Below, piece by piece: positions 29,001 through 32,000 of a stretch of DNA of 32,000 bases. Both the position numbers and the translations under genes were made by a program. A model generated the notes under the pieces. That model searched no databases, had not been told where the DNA came from, and was given only the letters and a program-made list of their open reading frames with translations. Location of the stretch: the NCBI GenBank assembly GCA_030149205.1, contig JASBSB010000007.1:601631-633630 (forward strand), written 5' to 3'. This DNA comes from Candidatus Heimdallarchaeota archaeon. Lineage in GTDB: Archaea > Asgardarchaeota > Heimdallarchaeia > Heimdallarchaeales > Kariarchaeaceae. The first letter of the stretch is position 1, and the number at the start of each line of letters is the position of its first letter.

Positions 29001-29065
29001 TAATTACGTGGCTTCAATCCAAACCATTCTGTCCAGTGTGTAAACATCACCTATCTTTGGTGTGA
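26057..29065 (+). CDS. dna2: Dna2-like Fe-S nuclease / SF1B helicase with a C-terminal RING-like zinc finger
   Basis: Dna2-type N-terminus (W...EPFD...EPHYLVAVTSVIDSITCPRK). Nuclease GNLLH, GKFD, IELK, QMNMY, CxxCx5C. Helicase GPAGTGKT, AYTNMAVD, DEAAQ, GDHAQLQP, QYRM, TPFRAQ, TVDRFQGSE, LNVALTRA. C-terminal Cys/His finger at 28925-29043. Confidence 0.85.
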   Translation: MKIKNQVKRQQILFQEYTENKLIGVDESGKSHKFSIDDPWVEFLKYLEPFDILLIEHVGGRVDNRGFMVIEPHYLVAVTSVIDSITCPRKVYVKSLGADQLMDANIRKRVVEGNLLHDVFSKLVATDMDVESAIDSTLAHSELDLLHLQIEKDEAHDYLQKDTGPLSGLSIRGDTELDCQNWHLGLHGKFDGISGNQIIELKSSKIPQTTPWPSHNIQMNMYTQMMKKRGVYTGSVLYINDGEMGLKLPTVFERNQSITARNYSYLVLTKRYTPPVLRGDKLKECRTCFVKEGCRKLCAGLGTQRDCQNCYHEFSCDKNLWSYQSLNYFSTFNSSLYAEEIGNIRESYTYSRVGIRDEKHRKKLLENGYAVETREKLSEKLIDGYYVSQFSQYSTIPRFRSGDRIRAYNIGDTHDFVTLYYTAVILEINDESIILRSENSLPQKLALVPANISSVLRRSRFAVFQAVQQQQDSILMQIIVKSYSEKKFKLEDIKNTDTKIIDPLKMYNSDQEQAIRFSLSTPDIFLIQGPAGTGKTSVIIELVNQILKRGKSVLCTAYTNMAVDNIGLKLIENDLDFVRLGYEYSISTELRDHIISNRREYYSEVIQNKGGYVVLSTTSTIARDVFQDLRFDYVIIDEAAQMTEPDSIKPILLSEKAIFVGDHAQLQPIISSQEALDKGLQISLFERLVNQFPNRYSLLSYQYRMNDEILSFPNHRFYEGKLKSASVEIGHKMLNLPEKLQTIEKNNAYQVFSVSQESNGTISQINLAEIAIVIKILYDLIVLSELDPTEIGIITPFRAQVAKLRSFLPKSLIKIDTVDRFQGSEKPVIIFSTITSLEVPILTDERRLNVALTRAQKLLTPIVTNPTITGKTSIIQELYADAKLRGLVTSEFGSDVLDESLLNTQLQEIWASCGLSRDPVSRFRLELEVSSVKINSIDVFFDSIQLIIEQLSTPETCMICFSETDNAVSCPGCLNYYHQEHLITWLQSKPFCPVCKHHLSLV

Positions 29066-29185
29066 CAAAAATGATTGCATTGAGTCTCAAATCAGAGGTT
29101 TTACATAGATATAGTTTATACTAATAGAAACATATTTGAATTCTTATCTAAATTTTTACTGATTTAATTCTCATTGTAGGTAACA

Positions 29186-29193
29186 TTTAAATA
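29186..29193 (+). promoter_or_regulatory. Putative archaeal TATA box for the subtilase gene
   Basis: TTTAAATA about 40 bp upstream of GTG 29233. Confidence 0.35.
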
Positions 29194-29232
29194 AAGTCCT
29201 CAAATTTAGATTTACTCAAAATTAATTGAACG

Positions 29233-31773
29233 GTGTTATATTTGAAAAAAAAATTTGCTATATTTCTGAGTTTGATACTGCTGTTACCAGCATCTGTAAG
29301 TGCAAACTCAATCGGAACAATGAATTATGATATTAATATCTCACCAGTTACCAATGGGATCAATTACGGAGTTTCAAAGATTGTTAGTTCTTTGAGAGAC
29401 TCAATATTAACCCCACAGGCAACTGACCTTGATGTTATTATTGAAATGACAGGGGATAAGGCTAACCTCAAACATAATCTATTTAGTTTTGGTGGTCAGG
29501 TAACCCATGATTACCAGTTTGGATCCTTGATGGCAGCTACAATCCCAAGTGATAGATTGCTTGAATTGGCAAGAACACAAGAAGTTGTAAAAATTTACAA
29601 AAATGAGAAGATCTCCTTGGGAGAGGAATGGGCTATGAAAGGTGAAGCAACAACGTCTGAAATAAACATGGACGACTTTGTTGCCTCTTCTTCATTTGAC
29701 CTTTCAACCTTGCCTGACACCTATGCAAACGCCTATCTGACAAACGCAAATCAAGTCTGGGCAATGACAAACGCAGGAGCAGGACAGGTTATTGCAGTAA
29801 TAGACACTGGTGTCCTCCCTCACTTTTTACTTGGTAGTAGATTGATTGGTGGAGTTGATTTGACTCCTGATGTAGGCACTCCCTTTGAGGGATATGACAA
29901 CCCGTATAATTTTTATCATGGTACTTTTGTTTCCACTCAGGCAGCAGCTAATGGAAGAGTCTTGTTTTATGCTAATTCTTCTGTTGGACAAGCCTTTCTT
30001 AAATTTGATCCAAACGCTATGCTTAGAGCTGATGGATTGGTTCAGGTTGATTTGTTAGGTCCCGCACCTCTCGCTTCAATCTATGCCATCAAAGTTTTTA
30101 CAGCTTCATCCTTTACCACAACAGCCATTATTTTAGCTGGGATTGAACATGCAATCCTGCAAAATGTCGATGTGATTAACCTTTCACTTGGAGGACCAAG
30201 CAATATTCCTGGGGAAGACCCAATGGATATCCTAGTTGATGTTGCAAGTTCTAGAGGAATTGCTGTAACTATTTCTGCCGGGAATTCTGGACCTAATCCA
30301 TTGCAAATAGGTTCTCCTGGCACATCAATTTCCGCAATTACCGTGGGTGCAGCATCCACACCTGAACAAGAGAGGGTATATGGGGAATTCAGGTATGGCG
30401 TTGGAGATTATTACTATTCTCATGATGAAAAATCAATTGTATATTTTTCAAGTAGAGGACCAACAGCAGATGGAAGAGCAAAACCAGACTTAGTCGCAAC
30501 AGGTTCACACAACCTAGGTGGTATTGGATATACTGGACTTTCATTTGGTTCTGGCACATCATACTCTTCCCCTGTAGTAGCAGGTGGTGCTGCCTTAATT
30601 TCAGCTTACAGTGATCTTAATGGACTAAGTCTCACATCACAAGATATTAAAGAGGCACTTTCTGCTGGAGCAGATTTAATCCCAGGTTTTAATCAGATTG
30701 AGCAGGGACATGGGTACATGAATCTACAGAACTCCATAGCTTTCCTTCAGTCATCAGAACAAGAGTTTGAGCATGAAGATCATGGGATAGACCGTGGAGA
30801 AATTGAAGAAAATCTAGAGGAGTATATGACAATCACAGAGCTACAAAACGGATACAATATGGTGAAAAATATTAATGTAGCCCCATCACAATTTGAATAT
30901 TTCGCATTTTCAGTTCCCACATCAACTGACTTTATCAAAATTTCCCTCGTAAATGCTTCGTTTACATCAGATAACCCCATTTTTGGAGACAGAGGCTGGG
31001 CTTATCTATCAACTGCAATGTACAATGGTATAAGAGGTAATTATTATGCTGTGGATGTTGTTCTTGGTGGAGACAGTCAATTGTTTGCTCTTTCAGACTT
31101 CGATTTCCAGGCTGGTGTGCTCAGATTTACCATAGAAAATGACTTCATTTCATTTGGAAACCTGCATATTGATGCTGTGATATTTGAAGTGGTTGACGCA
31201 TCATTAGAATCAGAACATGGTTCACTAGAAATTGAGAATGATGGAATAGGCACTATGGCTTTCGTTGATGTATTCTCTGGTGGAATTTCTGCGATGAGCG
31301 GACACATCATGCAGGGAGATGTCTTATTATATTCTGTCAGCCTTCCAAGCACAAATTTTGGAATTTCGATTTTTGAGCTAAGCTGGGAGCGTGATTACAG
31401 ATATTACGGAACAGATGATTTAGATATGTATATTTTTAACTCAACTGGTTATCTTGTAGGTATTGGAGCCAGTCTTTCTGCCCCTGAAATCTCACTTATC
31501 CTTAGTTCTGGTGGTGTTTTTACAGTTATGATAGTTGGCTATGATATCTATGATCCATCAGGGACAGAATTCAATTTAGAGGTCACAACCTTAGATTTTG
31601 GTGCTCCACTTCTTTACTCAAGTCCTATGTTTTACCTAGGACCTGATTCAGAAACAGAAATTATGGTACCAGGAAACGTACATGGTGTAGCCGCTCTGAC
31701 GGTTATTCAAGAAATCAGCTTCTTTGGATATACCTTCCCAATTTGGGTATTTGCAGATTTTGCTCAAGTTTAA
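29233..31773 (+). CDS. Secreted S8 subtilase with signal peptide, propeptide and C-terminal PPC-like domains
   Basis: Signal peptide MLYLKKKFAIFLSLILLLPASVSA. Triad Asp (VIDTG, 29803), His (HGTFV, 29917), Ser (GTSYSSP, 30559); oxyanion SAGNSG; FSSRGPT.DGRAKPD. PPC-like LSW...DDLDMYIF. Confidence 0.92.
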   Translation: MLYLKKKFAIFLSLILLLPASVSANSIGTMNYDINISPVTNGINYGVSKIVSSLRDSILTPQATDLDVIIEMTGDKANLKHNLFSFGGQVTHDYQFGSLMAATIPSDRLLELARTQEVVKIYKNEKISLGEEWAMKGEATTSEINMDDFVASSSFDLSTLPDTYANAYLTNANQVWAMTNAGAGQVIAVIDTGVLPHFLLGSRLIGGVDLTPDVGTPFEGYDNPYNFYHGTFVSTQAAANGRVLFYANSSVGQAFLKFDPNAMLRADGLVQVDLLGPAPLASIYAIKVFTASSFTTTAIILAGIEHAILQNVDVINLSLGGPSNIPGEDPMDILVDVASSRGIAVTISAGNSGPNPLQIGSPGTSISAITVGAASTPEQERVYGEFRYGVGDYYYSHDEKSIVYFSSRGPTADGRAKPDLVATGSHNLGGIGYTGLSFGSGTSYSSPVVAGGAALISAYSDLNGLSLTSQDIKEALSAGADLIPGFNQIEQGHGYMNLQNSIAFLQSSEQEFEHEDHGIDRGEIEENLEEYMTITELQNGYNMVKNINVAPSQFEYFAFSVPTSTDFIKISLVNASFTSDNPIFGDRGWAYLSTAMYNGIRGNYYAVDVVLGGDSQLFALSDFDFQAGVLRFTIENDFISFGNLHIDAVIFEVVDASLESEHGSLEIENDGIGTMAFVDVFSGGISAMSGHIMQGDVLLYSVSLPSTNFGISIFELSWERDYRYYGTDDLDMYIFNSTGYLVGIGASLSAPEISLILSSGGVFTVMIVGYDIYDPSGTEFNLEVTTLDFGAPLLYSSPMFYLGPDSETEIMVPGNVHGVAALTVIQEISFFGYTFPIWVFADFAQV

Positions 31774-31807
31774 AAAAAAATAAAATAGCACGTTGAACTT
31801 AGTTCAA
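31774..31807 (-). terminator. Hairpin plus U-tract; candidate terminator for a minus-strand transcript entering from the right
   Basis: TTGAACT-T-AGTTCAA inverted repeat (31793-31807) next to a plus-strand A-tract at ~31772-31785, which is a T-tract on the minus strand. Confidence 0.35.
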
Positions 31808-31885
31808 TCACGAAAGACAAAGATTCTCAACTTAATTAAAACAAAATAGTTGATTCTATTAAGCTTGTCCCAAAATTCGTTTACA

Positions 31886-32000
31886 CTGGAATCACCCCCT
31901 GAGCTCGGATTCTGTGGTTGTACCAGACCACAGAGCACAGCAGACTCTTCCGCTTGTTCTGAGGCTTATGATCCCGCAGGAGCGGAGCTCGCTGCTTCAG
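31886..32000. other. GC-rich structured segment truncated by the window end (possible ncRNA or gene end)
   Basis: 66 of 115 bases are G+C (57%, hand count) in an AT-rich window. 8-bp hairpin TCTGTGGT/ACCACAGA at 31911-31934. Confidence 0.3.

Noticed and set aside
30550-30575. Inactive subtilase because GTSYSSP replaces GTSMAxP
   Set aside because: Catalytic Asp, His, Ser and the oxyanion Asn are all present, and the residue after Ser varies among S8 enzymes.
193-31352. Short alternative-frame and antisense ORFs in the track (e.g. 193-471, 505-732, 7126-7395, 10268-10585, 12252-12683, 30081-30359)
   Set aside because: They lie within well-supported genes and show no family motifs. The 193/505 pair only mirrors the DNA repeat.
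31878-31900. 16S rRNA 3' end (GGAATCACCCCCT resembles GGATCACCTCCT)
   Set aside because: The match is imperfect and the flanking sequence does not resemble 16S helices 44/45.

Overview
Low-GC archaeal chromosomal window, most likely from an Asgard archaeon (inferred from an aIF-1A gene, two longin-like domains and a RING-like finger). Gene order: the 3' end of a secreted protein with two tandem PPC-like domains; a stand-alone phage-type thymidine-hypermodification enzyme homologue (aGPT-Pplase1 family); a TPR-longin protein; a tightly coupled minus-strand purine operon (purC-purS fusion, purQ, purL, purE, purM, folD, purN, purF, purD); a CE4-type deacetylase; a 2TM zinc-ribbon protein; two paralogous MFS exporters; an orphan hydrophobic protein plus small 2TM protein; an aldo-keto reductase; aIF-1A; an acyl-CoA dehydrogenase; a 7TM-longin protein; a CLC-CBS transporter; ogt; a DinB-family protein; a Dna2-type nuclease-helicase with an extra Cys cluster and a C-terminal RING-like finger; and an S8 subtilase. 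The last ~115 bp are GC-rich and structured. No CRISPR array, rRNA, tRNA or transposase was recognised. The strongest leads are the Dna2-RING fusion, the 7TM-longin protein and the orphan base-modification enzyme. All family calls come from motif recognition by eye, not database searches.
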